From: an uncultured Desulfosarcina sp.
Lineage (GTDB): Bacteria > Desulfobacterota > Desulfobacteria > Desulfobacterales > Desulfosarcinaceae
Assembly (NCBI GenBank): GCA_963674945.2
Contig: CAXXWQ010000003.1
Coordinates: 1,088,001-1,152,000, forward strand
Length of the DNA: 64,000 bases
Reading direction: 5' to 3'
Position numbers and translations under genes: made by a program. Position 1 is the stretch's first letter. Every line of letters starts with the position of its first letter. The notes under the pieces are model-generated. The model searched no databases, was not told the origin of the DNA, and worked only from the letters and a program-made list of their open reading frames with translations. Of this stretch, positions 19,287 to 30,360 are shown piece by piece.

Positions 19287-21210
19287 AACGCCCGATGTTC
19301 TGGTGGAGTTTTTCCGCCAGGGAGGAAAGTGCACCGGCACTTTCGCTTACTTTATCACTGCTGCCCACAAGCATGCGTGCCGCCTGGTTTACGTCGGCAA
19401 TCTCTTCGGAAATTTTGGCTGATGAAGAGGAGCTGTGGGCGACATTTTCGTTGACATCATTGATGCCCAAAGACGCCTGGGAAACGTTACCGGCAATCTC
19501 CTCGGTGGAGACCGCCTGCTCTTCCACTGCCGCGGCGATGGTCGAAACGATTTCGTCGACTTCGTTGATTACCTGAGAAATGATCGTAATTTCGTCGATG
19601 GTCTGGGTTGAAGAGTTTTGGATCCCCTCGATTTTGGATTTGATCTCGCTGGTGGCCTGGGCCGTCTGCCGGGCGAGTTCCTTTATCTCATTGGCCACGA
19701 CGGCAAACCCTTTCCCGGCTTCACCTGCCCTGGCCGCCTCGATGGTGGCATTCAGAGCCAGCAGATTGGTCTGCTCGGAAATTTCTGTAATCACCTCGGT
19801 GAACCTGCTGATCTGATCGGCGGCGTCACCCAACCGATTGATATTGGATGTGGCGCCGCTGGCTTTGGCTACGGCGTCATTGGTGATGATACGGGCCTTC
19901 TCCGAACTCTTTGCAATCTCTTTTACCGTAACCGCCATCTCCTCCGTGGAACTGGCCACGAGACTCACATTGGCCGAGGCCTCCTCGCTGGCGGCGGCTA
20001 CGGAGTTCATGTTGGAACTCATATCTTCGGCGGCGGAGGCGACGCTGTTTGACTTTTCGGAAGCATTCTGCGCGCCATGGGACATCTGGCCGGAGATATC
20101 TGTCAGGTCGGATGAAGCGCTCTTCAGTGAATCGGCGTCGGCAGAGATCTCTTTTAACATCATCTGCAGCTTTTCCACAAACAGATTGATCCATCGCGCC
20201 AGTTCGCCGGTCTCGTCTTCGCTGCTCACCTGGATGCGCTTGTTCAATTCTCCTTCACCATCGGCCAGATCCTTCACCATCTCGTTGAGGCGCTGAATGG
20301 AATCGGAGACATTCTTGGCGATGAAAAAATTCACCAGGATGCCCAAAACAGAGGCAATCAAGATCACGCCGATAATCTTTGAAAAGTACCCTTTGATGGT
20401 GGAAAAGAGATTTTCATTGCTTTGGTCTACAACCTTTTCGACACCTTCGGCGATTGCGGTGATGCCGGCGTTTATTTCGTGCTCGAGTGCATTGAGGGTA
20501 TGTTCGTTGTCGATAAATTCCAACACCAGGGCCTTGATCTGCAGATTATTGGCCTTGGCCTGTCTCGCGGCTGCTTCATTGGACGTTCCCTTGAGCAGTT
20601 CGATGTCCTTTGTGACATTGGTGACGAGGGTGTCCAGAAACTTGATGAGTTCGTCTTTCACGGCAATATCTTGCTTCAACCTGCCGAAAAGCAGCCTGAT
20701 CCGGAAATTGGCGTTCGTGTTCATGCTGGCACCGACGATGACGGCTCTCTCCATGTCCGAGACCCCCATGCGGGTATCGAACCCCACGAGACGATCGCTT
20801 ATCTTTTTGATCACATCGTTGGAGGCAGCCAAGGATGCTTCGGTCAAAGTGGTGATTTCCCCTTCGATGGCCTGATTTCTGGACCGGACTTCTTTAAAGG
20901 TCGCTGTCTTGCCCTTGACCTGCGAGACATTTTTCTTCAGTGAATCGTCGGGAAGTCGCGACTCCAGTTGTTGGAGCATCTTGTCGAGGGTATCTTTGGA
21001 AATCCGTTGGTGGACATAATCCGTAACGGCGAGTTCGGCACGTCGAATGTCACTGGAAAGGGCATTTAACATTTGTCCTTGCTCGGAAGAACGTTTGATC
21101 AGTTCATTGGAACTAATGAAAAAATAGATTACGATGGATATGAGAAGTAAGTACAACACGCCGGTGACCTGCAATTTTCTTCTGATCTTCATGTTCTGAA
21201 TCAATTTCAT
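19276..21210 (-). CDS. Methyl-accepting chemotaxis protein
   Basis: Two TMs, [36 protein letters not shown]. Confidence 0.96.
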   Translation of the reverse strand: MKLIQNMKIRRKLQVTGVLYLLLISIVIYFFISSNELIKRSSEQGQMLNALSSDIRRAELAVTDYVHQRISKDTLDKMLQQLESRLPDDSLKKNVSQVKGKTATFKEVRSRNQAIEGEITTLTEASLAASNDVIKKISDRLVGFDTRMGVSDMERAVIVGASMNTNANFRIRLLFGRLKQDIAVKDELIKFLDTLVTNVTKDIELLKGTSNEAAARQAKANNLQIKALVLEFIDNEHTLNALEHEINAGITAIAEGVEKVVDQSNENLFSTIKGYFSKIIGVILIASVLGILVNFFIAKNVSDSIQRLNEMVKDLADGEGELNKRIQVSSEDETGELARWINLFVEKLQMMLKEISADADSLKSASSDLTDISGQMSHGAQNASEKSNSVASAAEDMSSNMNSVAAASEEASANVSLVASSTEEMAVTVKEIAKSSEKARIITNDAVAKASGATSNINRLGDAADQISRFTEVITEISEQTNLLALNATIEAARAGEAGKGFAVVANEIKELARQTAQATSEIKSKIEGIQNSSTQTIDEITIISQVINEVDEIVSTIAAAVEEQAVSTEEIAGNVSQASLGINDVNENVAHSSSSSAKISEEIADVNQAARMLVGSSDKVSESAGALSSLAEKLHQNIGRFKL

Positions 21211-21258
21211 TTTTTCTTGCACTCCCTATCGAATCTGTTGGATGGTAACCAATGAAGT

Positions 21259-21286
21259 TTATCGGTAGGGAGGTCGGCAGACTTTA
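21259..21286 (-). promoter_or_regulatory. Putative sigma28 promoter of the MCP gene
   Basis: Minus strand TAAA-N16-ACCGATAA. Confidence 0.5.
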
Positions 21287-21456
21287 CCTAAATTGACGTT
21301 ATGAAGAATTTGACATATCATTGTTAATGATAAACCTTTGTATCTCTATCTTTTTTCAATCAGCACCATGAATTTACATCTGCCGTTTACCATTGGAATC
21401 CAAAGAGGTTCCCTGAATCCTTGAAACCACGACAGGAAAGCTTGCAAGGAGGTGCC

Positions 21457-22479
21457 ATGCAATTTATGTCCATTCGCAAAGAGACCATCATGCGAAACCC
21501 CCAAAAGGAGATGGAAGAGCGGCGCATCCCCAGTGAAATCCGTATCGATCCGCTGACGAAAAGGACGGCGCGGATCTGTCACTTCATGAAACTGAAGTGG
21601 GAGAAACCCGATTTCGACTCCCTCTTGGCGGGTACCGCCAAGTGGTGTCCCTTTTGCGCCGACAAGGTCCTTACGGTGACACCGGTATTCCCCACCGACC
21701 TCATCCCCCAAGGGCGCATGGTAAGGGACGATATGGTCATCTTTCCCAATATCGCCCCCTACGACAGCATCGGGGCGGTGGCCACATTCGGCAGCCGCCA
21801 TTATATCCCCATGACAGAATTCACGGCCGAACACATGGCACTTGCCTTCGGATTCGCCAACGACTTCTTCCGGCAGGTGAAGGAGACCGGCCATGCCGAA
21901 GCCGTTTACCCCATCGTCAACTGGAACTACATGCCGCCGGCGGGAAGCTCCATTATCCATCCGCACCTTCAAGTCTTCTACTCTTCCTCGGCGCCCAACC
22001 TTTTGCGACAGGAGATCGAGGCATCGGCAGCATACCAAAAAACCCATGGCACCTCCTATTGGGATGATCTGATCGAAGCGGAGAAGAAAAACGGCGAGCG
22101 CTATCTGGGACGGATCGGAAGGTCCCACTGGCTGACGGCCTACGCACCCATGGGCGTGGCCGGTGACGTGCTGGCCATCGTGGAGGGTGCAAGGACCACC
22201 CTCGACCTTACCGAATCGGATTTACGGGACCTGGGAACAGGTCTTGCCAGGCTCATGGCCGAATACGACGAGATGGGTATCTACAGCTTCAACATGAACT
22301 TTTTCACGGGGGCAGAGGCAGACGACCATTTCCGGTTCCATCTGCTTTTTTCACCGCGCACCTTTTTCAGCCAGCAATTGGGGACACCGGATGTGGGCGC
22401 CATACGAAACCTGTTCAACGAGACCCTCTGCATGGCCTATCCGGAAGAGATCAATGAAATTTTGAAGGCGGGCTTTTAG
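21457..22479 (+). CDS. Galactose-1-phosphate uridylyltransferase-like (HIT superfamily)
   Basis: EIRIDPLT, CPFC, AGSSIIHPHLQ; AGGAGG RBS. Confidence 0.85.
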   Translation: MQFMSIRKETIMRNPQKEMEERRIPSEIRIDPLTKRTARICHFMKLKWEKPDFDSLLAGTAKWCPFCADKVLTVTPVFPTDLIPQGRMVRDDMVIFPNIAPYDSIGAVATFGSRHYIPMTEFTAEHMALAFGFANDFFRQVKETGHAEAVYPIVNWNYMPPAGSSIIHPHLQVFYSSSAPNLLRQEIEASAAYQKTHGTSYWDDLIEAEKKNGERYLGRIGRSHWLTAYAPMGVAGDVLAIVEGARTTLDLTESDLRDLGTGLARLMAEYDEMGIYSFNMNFFTGAEADDHFRFHLLFSPRTFFSQQLGTPDVGAIRNLFNETLCMAYPEEINEILKAGF

Positions 22480-22569
22480 CATACTATCAAAAAAAGACAA
22501 AGAGATTGAACGTCGAACATCGAACTTTGCGTCTTCGCGTCTTCACGTGAGATTTTATGGTTTTTCTAT

Positions 22570-23514
22570 CTATTCCACCAGCCGTTTCGCCAGCTCGTGG
22601 ATATGGCGCCCATCGGTGCCGCAGCACCCGCCCAGAATCTTCATGCCGAAGGTGGTCTTGAGGCCGGCCACGCTCTCTCCGAAAACCTCGGGCGCCTCGG
22701 ACACCAATTCATCGCAATCGTTCAGCTCTTCGGGGTTCAATGCCGCCGTATTGGCAAAGAGCCCGCAAACCCGATTTCTGACCAAATCGGAAGAGTTGGT
22801 CTCACTGCGCAAAGCCGATGCAAAGATCGAAGCATGTGTGCAGTTGATCATGAAGGCCATGGGTTTGGGGTGAATCGTTTCGTCGATATGGCCGATGGCT
22901 TTCGCGAGGGGCGTACCGTCGAGCATGGTCCCTTCGGGCCGTGCCACGAAACTGACGATGTAGGGTATATTCGTGGCTGCGATGACCGCCGCCAGGCCGG
23001 TGGCCTCTTCCAGGGCCGGCAATGTGGCCGCCAGTATGAAATCCACACCGCAACCGGCAAGCTTTTCAGCTTGCCACCGGTGAAATGCCTGGGCGCTTTT
23101 CGAGGACAGACCCGTGGACGGATCGTAGGCGTCTCCCTGACAGCTCATCAACCCGCAGATGACAACCTTCCCACCATAGGCGCCGTAACTGTTTCGCAGA
23201 TCGTCGAGGAAGCGAAAATTGTCCCCGTTCACGTCTTTTCCGGCGTATCCGGCATCCGCGATGCGCTCTTGGCTCGCCCGCCAGGTGGGGGTGGAAAGAA
23301 CCAACGGAAGGCCAAAACGGCTGCCGGCATCCAGGTATTCCCGATAAATCTTCTCCAGCGCCGCCCGCTTTTCAGCTTCATAAATGAATGCCGAATTGAC
23401 GATGTACGGATCCAATGAAAAATCGGTGTCCCGCCGCAAGCGTTCGATCACCGCCCCTTCCCCCAACATGACCGGAACAGATTCAAAAAATTGTCGAAAA
23501 GAGACTCGGCCCAT
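22570..23514 (-). CDS. Homocysteine S-methyltransferase family protein (stand-alone domain)
   Basis: TPTWRA, INC.H, ILGGCCGT zinc motif. Confidence 0.9.
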   Translation of the reverse strand: MGRVSFRQFFESVPVMLGEGAVIERLRRDTDFSLDPYIVNSAFIYEAEKRAALEKIYREYLDAGSRFGLPLVLSTPTWRASQERIADAGYAGKDVNGDNFRFLDDLRNSYGAYGGKVVICGLMSCQGDAYDPSTGLSSKSAQAFHRWQAEKLAGCGVDFILAATLPALEEATGLAAVIAATNIPYIVSFVARPEGTMLDGTPLAKAIGHIDETIHPKPMAFMINCTHASIFASALRSETNSSDLVRNRVCGLFANTAALNPEELNDCDELVSEAPEVFGESVAGLKTTFGMKILGGCCGTDGRHIHELAKRLVE

Positions 23515-23524
23515 TTACTTCTCC

Positions 23525-24316
23525 CTATTTTTCCTCAAAGGTAAAAGGTAGACGCAGACAAAAGGAAGCCCCCCCACCGCTTCGGTTTCCCACCGTGATA
23601 TCCCCGCCCAGGTGACGCGCCAGAATACGTGCGCCCGCCAACCCCAACCCATGGCCCGTCCTGGATAACGAAGGGGATGGCCCGAGCTGGGTGTATCGCT
23701 GGAAAATCAATTCCTGATGCCCCTCCTTCACACCGGGACCGTCATCTTTCACCTCGACAAAAAGATGGTTTTCATCCCCTTTGATGTCGATGAACAGATG
23801 TTGTGTTCTGTGCTGGAGGGCATTTTTAATGAGATTGCCGACGATTTGCGCGAATTTGGTCTCATCCTGCCATATTCGAAAGATCGGATCTTTTGTGGTA
23901 TAAGAAAGATGAATGCCGCTTCGCTCCAGCATCGTCAGACGAGCCGGATCCTCCCCGATCTCATGAAGTATTTCCCATAAGCGGTTGTCGGTCGCTTCCA
24001 GTACCGCCATCAAGGTTCGATCGATCACGGCAACCGGATTGAAAGAGGAACAATGAAACCATCCCGCATCCGACCGCCCCACTTCCAGCAAGTCGGCAAG
24101 CATGTCCCGGACCTTCTTGGCATTTCTCAGGGCTCGATGCAAGGATTTATTCTGGCGATCGGTCAGCATTCCGTATTTATTGGGTTTTTCCAATAGCATA
24201 CGGATTGCGCTCTCGATGACCGCTACAGGATTTTTCAGTTCATGAATGAGAAATTCCACATTCATGTCTCGAAAAAATCCCTCTTGTTTAGGCGTTATCT
24301 TATACTCTTTTCTCAT
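23525..24316 (-). CDS. Cytoplasmic histidine kinase without sensor domain
   Basis: HELKNP, NLIKNA, DDGPG, GHGLGL. Confidence 0.88.
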   Translation of the reverse strand: MRKEYKITPKQEGFFRDMNVEFLIHELKNPVAVIESAIRMLLEKPNKYGMLTDRQNKSLHRALRNAKKVRDMLADLLEVGRSDAGWFHCSSFNPVAVIDRTLMAVLEATDNRLWEILHEIGEDPARLTMLERSGIHLSYTTKDPIFRIWQDETKFAQIVGNLIKNALQHRTQHLFIDIKGDENHLFVEVKDDGPGVKEGHQELIFQRYTQLGPSPSLSRTGHGLGLAGARILARHLGGDITVGNRSGGGASFCLRLPFTFEEK

Positions 24317-24356
24317 TTCTCTTTTCTCATTTCTCTTGGCTCACTGTCTTTGTGAT

Positions 24357-25886
24357 TCATCGTGATACCCCTGCGGCAGGGGAACGAAATTGAATCGAAA
24401 CGGTGGTGCCGCCCGAGCCATCGCAGTCCGATCGGGCACTGCAGTGGTCACATCGGTCGATGTCACCGGGACACGGGTCACTTTCCGCAGGGATAAAACG
24501 ACACCGCTTGGAATCCAATTTCGTATCGAACCGGTACCGCTCGGAAAAAATGGCGATCCGCAAAAGATCTCGTCCCTTGCCACCGGCGTTGAAATCAAAG
24601 GGAGATTCCGATGCATGAGCATTCGTCTCACCGGCTGCGAAATAGTGGTTGAAAATCAGCCGCTGCTTCTCCTGGGTGATGCCTACGCCCGTGTCGCACA
24701 CTTCGAAGACAGGCCCCTTTTCTCCACCGCACACCGTCACCGTCACCCGGCCCTTGTCGGGTGTGTTTTGGACGGCATTTCGCAGCACACCCTTCACGAT
24801 CTTTTCCATCACCTCTTCGGGGATGGAGATCGGCTCGACAGGACCCACATGAATGTCCAGTCGAATATGGCGATAGGCAAATTCCTGGGCATACACCGCC
24901 AGTTGATTCGTCACCCATCGGTCGAGAGTGATCGTGGAACAGGTCTTCTCGACAGGGACGAATTCCCGATCGATGGCCTGTTGGATCACCTCCGGCACCC
25001 GGCTGCATCCCGGATGGGCCTCGGCCAATACGGCCAGCATGTCACGGCTGGCATCCAAAAGAAAGCTGAGCATACCATGGGACCGGTAATCCTTTTGCCG
25101 CAGCATGTCGCTGATTTCGTACTGAACGTCCAGCAACCGATTCAGATTTCGCCGAGCGCGTGCCAGGATTCGATTCAGGGACTCGTCCCATTCCCCCCGA
25201 TAACGATCCTCCATCAACCGGAAAGAGGCCGCCAGAACGGAAAGTGGTGTCTTCAATTCGTGGGACAGGTGGTGGATCACCTGCTCCTTGGCCCGGCTGA
25301 GCCCCTGTACGTTGTCGTATGCCCGGGTAAGCGCCTCGTTGATCCGGGCATTTTCAATGGGCAGAGCAACGAGATTGGCGATGCCCTCCAGAAGATTCAC
25401 GTCTGCGTTGTCGAACCCGCCCTCTCTCTTGTTTACCGCACAAAGCACCCCGATCATGCGGTTGTGAATGCGTAAGGGGACATCCAGCATATTCTTGGAA
25501 TGGTATCGGGCCTCTTTGTCCACACCTTCATAATAGAAGGGATTTTTGTCCGTCTGGGGAACGATCATCGGTTTTCCGGTATGATAGACCTGACCGGCCA
25601 CGCCCCTGTCCAGAGGAAATCGGATCCCCCTCATCTTTTGGCCCGTCTTGCGATCCGCGAAAGTGGCGGCGGAAATGAAAAAATCCTTTCTCGTCTCATC
25701 GATGAGGATGACCATGGCGCCGTCGGCCCGTATCAACGCTCTGACCTGGTTGGTGATATAGGCGAGCATGCGATCCAGCCGAGGGAACCGGTACAGGGCA
25801 CGGGAGATCCGAAACAATGCCCGATTGATCTGTTCGGGGCGTTTTGGATGCTGATTTTGCGGCAAATCATTCGTTTGGTCTGACAT
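24357..25886 (-). CDS. GAF-domain histidine kinase with Cys-rich insert
   Basis: GAF (RGVAGQV, LDVPL, AVNK), SHELKTPL, NAVQNTP, DTGVGI; ATG 25886 preferred. Confidence 0.88.
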   Translation of the reverse strand: MSDQTNDLPQNQHPKRPEQINRALFRISRALYRFPRLDRMLAYITNQVRALIRADGAMVILIDETRKDFFISAATFADRKTGQKMRGIRFPLDRGVAGQVYHTGKPMIVPQTDKNPFYYEGVDKEARYHSKNMLDVPLRIHNRMIGVLCAVNKREGGFDNADVNLLEGIANLVALPIENARINEALTRAYDNVQGLSRAKEQVIHHLSHELKTPLSVLAASFRLMEDRYRGEWDESLNRILARARRNLNRLLDVQYEISDMLRQKDYRSHGMLSFLLDASRDMLAVLAEAHPGCSRVPEVIQQAIDREFVPVEKTCSTITLDRWVTNQLAVYAQEFAYRHIRLDIHVGPVEPISIPEEVMEKIVKGVLRNAVQNTPDKGRVTVTVCGGEKGPVFEVCDTGVGITQEKQRLIFNHYFAAGETNAHASESPFDFNAGGKGRDLLRIAIFSERYRFDTKLDSKRCRFIPAESDPCPGDIDRCDHCSARSDCDGSGGTTVSIQFRSPAAGVSR

Positions 25887-26192
25887 AAAATTGTCTCTCC
25901 GTGGATTTTTGCCCATGGTCACCGTTTGTAAAAAGATGGCCCACCAATAGTGCAAGGCAACCGCATTTGTCATCGATGATGGGAATCCGATGTCGCAGGC
26001 ATGGCCAGCTCCTACATAAAGCAACGAAGAATCAACCCTGAGGTTGGTGTAGGAGCTGGCCATGCCTGCGAAAAAAATTGAACCAAATGCGGTAACCCAG
26101 GCCGCACGAAGACGATCTATTGACAACACCGCAACAAAACCACTATCATTATCAAGGTATTATTTGAAAGAATGCATATCACTTGTCAAGTA

Positions 26193-26311
26193 TTAAACCG
26201 GCAATTCAAAAGTGCGATCGTATCGAAGAAGCGGTAGTGGAAACCCGCATAAACCGTAGTTTTGGCAAAAGAACCGTATTGGGAAGATTGTCTATTGAAT
26301 TGCCGGTTTAA
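26193..26311. mobile_element. 119-bp MITE-like element with perfect 17-bp terminal inverted repeats
   Basis: ttaaaccggcaattcaa ... ttgaattgccggtttaa. Confidence 0.7.
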
Positions 26312-26333
26312 CCGTATTCAATGAGTTGATATT

Positions 26334-26678
26334 ATGAGACTTTCGATTATGGTCGCCGTTTGCTGTCTGTGGGTGTGCCTTCCCGTCATCGCCAATGCGC
26401 TGACGACGGAGGAGATTCTCCTGCTCAAGCAAAACGGCGTATCCGAAAAGACCATCCAGATGATGCTGGAAAGTGAAATTCAGGCTGGCAAGAACCTTGA
26501 CGGGGAAGATACAATCGGCATAAGGACTATCATTCGATCCAATGGCCAGCCGGCCATCGTCTATTCGACGGGAGAGGGGGACCGGCACAGGCATGACGCA
26601 CACGAGCGATGGAAGGAGGAGCAGGCATGGGAGATGCTTCGCCGTATTGTCATCGACACGCGAAAGGATACCGACTGA
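26334..26678 (+). CDS. Exported hypothetical protein
   Basis: Signal peptide ending ANA; LTTEEILLLKQNGVSEKTI helical motif. Confidence 0.7.
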   Translation: MRLSIMVAVCCLWVCLPVIANALTTEEILLLKQNGVSEKTIQMMLESEIQAGKNLDGEDTIGIRTIIRSNGQPAIVYSTGEGDRHRHDAHERWKEEQAWEMLRRIVIDTRKDTD

Positions 26679-26735
26679 AAAGCTTTTCCGGGCCATAGAT
26701 GGCCAAACTGTATTACGCAAGCAGCTCATTTTTCT

Positions 26736-27272
26736 GTGAAAACCTCCAAACAATCGGTCACGGCCCACCTTTACCGCGACAGGACCATACGTACCCTCGT
26801 CGAAAATGCCGATTACGTGGGCGTAAAGAGCGTGGCGTCATCAAAATCCTTTGAACCGTTTTTAAAGGACATGTTTTCCTACAGACCGAAGTTGGTCCGA
26901 TTGCTATATCGCGTCCGGGCACCGTTGGTCCGCCTGCTGGGATTCACGCAGGACGCAATGCCGGCGATGGATGAGTGGGTTCCGGAGGAGTTTCCCATGT
27001 ACCCCTGCGGAAATTTGTGGTTTTTTACCGTCAGTCATGTAGAGAAGGATCGCCTGTGGATCGTCGGATGCCCCAGGGACAGGCATCTGGACGCAGACCT
27101 GGCGATCGTGGCGCAGCCATTGGCATCCGGACGCCGGCATTTTCACATCCTCACCGTGGTCCGCTACAAACACTGGACCGGACCGGTCTATTTCAACCTG
27201 ATCCGCCTGTTCAACCTCGTCTTGGTCGACCGCATGGCCCGTTCCGCCGCCCGTCCTTGCCCGCGTTCCTGA
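26736..27272 (+). CDS. DUF2867-like protein
   Basis: DRHLDA, TVVRYKHWTGPVYFNLIR motif. Confidence 0.7.
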   Translation: MKTSKQSVTAHLYRDRTIRTLVENADYVGVKSVASSKSFEPFLKDMFSYRPKLVRLLYRVRAPLVRLLGFTQDAMPAMDEWVPEEFPMYPCGNLWFFTVSHVEKDRLWIVGCPRDRHLDADLAIVAQPLASGRRHFHILTVVRYKHWTGPVYFNLIRLFNLVLVDRMARSAARPCPRS

Positions 27273-27299
27273 TCGGCCAGATCAAAGTACGGAAAAACG

Positions 27300-27566
27300 G
27301 ATTCGTATGATGAACTCAGGATCCTGGTCGAAAATGGATTTTCTCCCTATGAGGCTCTCGCCGCCGGCACCGTCCAGGCATCCAAAATCGTAGCGCGCAT
27401 GATCGGAAAGGACGATTTCGGCACAATCGCACCGGGAAAACGGGCAGATATGGTCCTGGTGGCGCAAAATCCGCTGGAAGATGTGGCCCATGCACGAAAG
27501 ATTCACGGGGTGATGGCAGCCGGCAGATGGTATGACAAACGGTCCATCGCAGACATGATACAATAA
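27300..27566 (+). pseudogene. C-terminal fragment of an amidohydrolase
   Basis: Manual translation: DELRILVENGFSPYEALAAGT...GTIAPGKRADMVLVAQNPLED...GVMAAGRW; no N-terminus. Confidence 0.75.
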
Positions 27567-27582
27567 AATAGGAGGAGGCCAG

Positions 27583-28110
27583 ATGACCTTACCCAGTCCC
27601 CTGAAAGTCGTTTTCTTGTTGGTGGTGGCATGTCTCATGGGGTCGGGAGTATCCCCTTGCGCAAGGGCCCAAAGCCAGACGACGCCAGAAGATACTGCCA
27701 CGACGCAATCCCCGGACGAAGACCAATCGGAAAAGACGGCATTCGGGCTTTTTCCCATGAGGGATCTGCACGACATTATTCGGAAGGAGCGCATAGCGGC
27801 CCTCTCCGAGATCGATGACGAACGCAAAGCCACCTTGGCGTATCTGTCACAGGAACGTCAGACAGTGATCGAGACGCTGACCACCGAGACGCATCGCATC
27901 ACCGAATTGTTATTGGCGGAAAGGCGAACGACCATGCTCGAACTGGAAGTCATGGGCAACCGGATGATCCAAAACGCCATATCCGAGAGCAAAGCGCTGA
28001 TCGATCATCTCATTCTCCGGGTCCTCGAGTTGGCCCTGGCGATAATGTTTCTTCTCTCCATTGCAGGCTTTGTCGGCTATCGAATATGGAGGAAAGGAAA
28101 ATCGCAGTAG
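27583..28110 (+). CDS. Hypothetical protein (signal peptide, coiled coil, C-terminal TM)
   Basis: AGGAGG RBS; hydrophobic ends. Confidence 0.7.
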   Translation: MTLPSPLKVVFLLVVACLMGSGVSPCARAQSQTTPEDTATTQSPDEDQSEKTAFGLFPMRDLHDIIRKERIAALSEIDDERKATLAYLSQERQTVIETLTTETHRITELLLAERRTTMLELEVMGNRMIQNAISESKALIDHLILRVLELALAIMFLLSIAGFVGYRIWRKGKSQ

Positions 28111-28160
28111 TCGCTGATTTGTATTGACAAACGAGTTAACTTAGAGGTCTGCGTATGGTA

Positions 28161-29180
28161 TCAGCAGCCCTCCAAGTGAGAGTCAACTTCGTCGCCAAAG
28201 ATGACCCGCCCGATCACCTGGGCCAGCTTTTTCGGGTCGTGACGGATGATGTCCCCCGATGTGTCGATAAGGTCCTCCTGGATCAAGCGGCAATCGGGAT
28301 CCGGAAATCCAATCCCCACGAAGTCCGATTTCTGTTTCCGATACAATGCCAGCAGTCGCTCGTCGGGCCGGCGGTTATTTACGATGGCCCCATCGATTTT
28401 CCGGCCGGCGAATTCCTGAAACGTCGCGATAAAATCGCTGGCTTGAAAGTGATTGGTTTCACCGAATTTGGTCATGATGTTGACTACGAAATAAAGGGGG
28501 GCCGACACGGCGGCGAGTTTTTCACGAAGACCGGGCACGATGAGATTGGGAATGATACTGGTGAACAGATCGCCGGGACCGAGGATGATGAAGTCGGCAT
28601 CGGCGATGGCCTTGAGTGATGGTGGATAGACTTTGATGGTATCGTTATGGTGGGGCACCAGATAGACATCCCGAATCGTTTCCCGCTGATGTCCCCTGGG
28701 GGTGTCGATGGCACTCTCACCGTAAATTCGGCAACCGTCGGTCAGTTCCGCCACCAGCGTTGCCCGATCGATGGTCACCGGAAGAATCTCGGCGTCGACA
28801 TCCAGAATTTCACCCAGCGCCTGGACGCCGGCCGGGAAACTACCGGTATACCGTGAAAGCATGGTAAGCAGCATGTTGCCGGCATTATGACCTTGCAGCC
28901 GTCGATCTTTCACGAACCGTTTTTGGAAGATGGCCCGGACGGCTTCCTGGTGGGGAGACAGGGCCAGCGCACACTTGAGGATATCTCCGGGGGGAAGGGT
29001 GCCCAACTCGTCACGGAGCCGACCGGTGCTTCCACCGCTGTCGACCATGGAGACAATGGCGCTGATTTGAATGCCCGAGAGGTATTTCAGACCGGACAGC
29101 AGGGCGTAGTGACCGCTGCCGCCACCGATGGTGACCACGCGAACCGGTCGTTTTTTGGTATTGGAAGTGGTTTCCATCAT
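28161..29180 (-). CDS. yvcK: YvcK/GlmR family protein
   Basis: IGGGSG, DSGGSTGRLR, PPGD, GPGDLFTSIIPNL. Confidence 0.9.
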   Translation of the reverse strand: MMETTSNTKKRPVRVVTIGGGSGHYALLSGLKYLSGIQISAIVSMVDSGGSTGRLRDELGTLPPGDILKCALALSPHQEAVRAIFQKRFVKDRRLQGHNAGNMLLTMLSRYTGSFPAGVQALGEILDVDAEILPVTIDRATLVAELTDGCRIYGESAIDTPRGHQRETIRDVYLVPHHNDTIKVYPPSLKAIADADFIILGPGDLFTSIIPNLIVPGLREKLAAVSAPLYFVVNIMTKFGETNHFQASDFIATFQEFAGRKIDGAIVNNRRPDERLLALYRKQKSDFVGIGFPDPDCRLIQEDLIDTSGDIIRHDPKKLAQVIGRVIFGDEVDSHLEGC

Positions 29181-29187
29181 GGTTTCC

Positions 29188-30360
29188 TTATGAGCTTGTT
29201 TCGTGGGCAAGCCGTTGCCCCTGGTATCCTTTTTTCCGGGTAATCCCCTTGGCGATGACCAAGTTTTTCCCCTCCCGCGTGCCATCGGCCAAAACCCGCG
29301 GATCGTGACCGGGACCCCTTCGGGAAAAAGACCGAAGGTTTGGATAGCGCTGGGTCATGAATCGGGCAAGGGCGTGGTCCGTAACACATACGGGCAGGTG
29401 GTTTCCCTTTTCTCTTTTCCCCGTTTCAACAGCCCGCGCCAGCGTCGATTCGAATCCCTGAATGATGCCCACGGCAAAATCGGTCTTGCGGTACCGATTC
29501 AGTCCCCTTCCCTTTCCATATTCCTCCCAACGCGTATCGATGTATCGATAAACCGTGTCGTAGACATACGCGGCGATCTGGACATTGGTCCGGGTTCCGT
29601 TGATCTCCAGCACCCGTCCCATCTTCTCTTTTTCCACTACCCAGGCCTCGATCCACACGCCCTGTACGAAATAGTAATCCTGAAGCAGGTGGGCGAGATG
29701 ATAGGCCTCCCGGAAATGCCGCAACCTGGGAACGCCTAAGAAAACACTGTGAAAATTTCGTTCGTTGCCGCCCTCGATCAACGCCACGTTATGCCTGCGG
29801 ATCAGCTCATGGGCCTTTGCCATGGCAGCCTGGGCTTCGTTGGGGTTGCTGCTGTCGGCAAGGGCCAGGAGCTTGTGAATCTTCATCACGATCCGATCAC
29901 GCTCATCCAGATGCCCGTTTTGGTGAAGCCGTTCGTGCAAAGGGGCATAGGTACCCGATGCCTTCGGATTGGCGCGAAGCAGGCGACAGGCTTGCCGAAA
30001 CCCCGGGCCATGATCCGACTCCGCAGTGATCGCCATGGCCTCGTGGGTCACCTGATGGGCCATTTCGTGAAGCAACACCTCCCTGATGTCGTCCCAGCGA
30101 CCATTTTCGACGAGTTCGCGCCCCAGTGTAATCTCCCTCTTGCCGGGGTCCCAGAATCCCAAACGGTGCTTCATCTCCTTGATGGAAAACAGGGGCTTGC
30201 GCGTGGCAGCCCGAAGCATATCCGGCAGCAGCCACAGGGCATTTTCATACTCCGCCGAAAGACCGCGGAGAATTCGCCGGTCAAAGTCGGATCGGATCCT
30301 AAAGGAACCGTCATGGTCTTGCTCCGTGGTACGCATCGGTTCTTGGCGCTCTCCTGTCAC
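29188..30360 (-). CDS. SprT-like metalloprotease with DUF2786 domain
   Basis: VLLHEMAHQ (HExxH), [20 protein letters not shown]. Confidence 0.85.
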   Translation of the reverse strand: MTGERQEPMRTTEQDHDGSFRIRSDFDRRILRGLSAEYENALWLLPDMLRAATRKPLFSIKEMKHRLGFWDPGKREITLGRELVENGRWDDIREVLLHEMAHQVTHEAMAITAESDHGPGFRQACRLLRANPKASGTYAPLHERLHQNGHLDERDRIVMKIHKLLALADSSNPNEAQAAMAKAHELIRRHNVALIEGGNERNFHSVFLGVPRLRHFREAYHLAHLLQDYYFVQGVWIEAWVVEKEKMGRVLEINGTRTNVQIAAYVYDTVYRYIDTRWEEYGKGRGLNRYRKTDFAVGIIQGFESTLARAVETGKREKGNHLPVCVTDHALARFMTQRYPNLRSFSRRGPGHDPRVLADGTREGKNLVIAKGITRKKGYQGQRLAHETSS

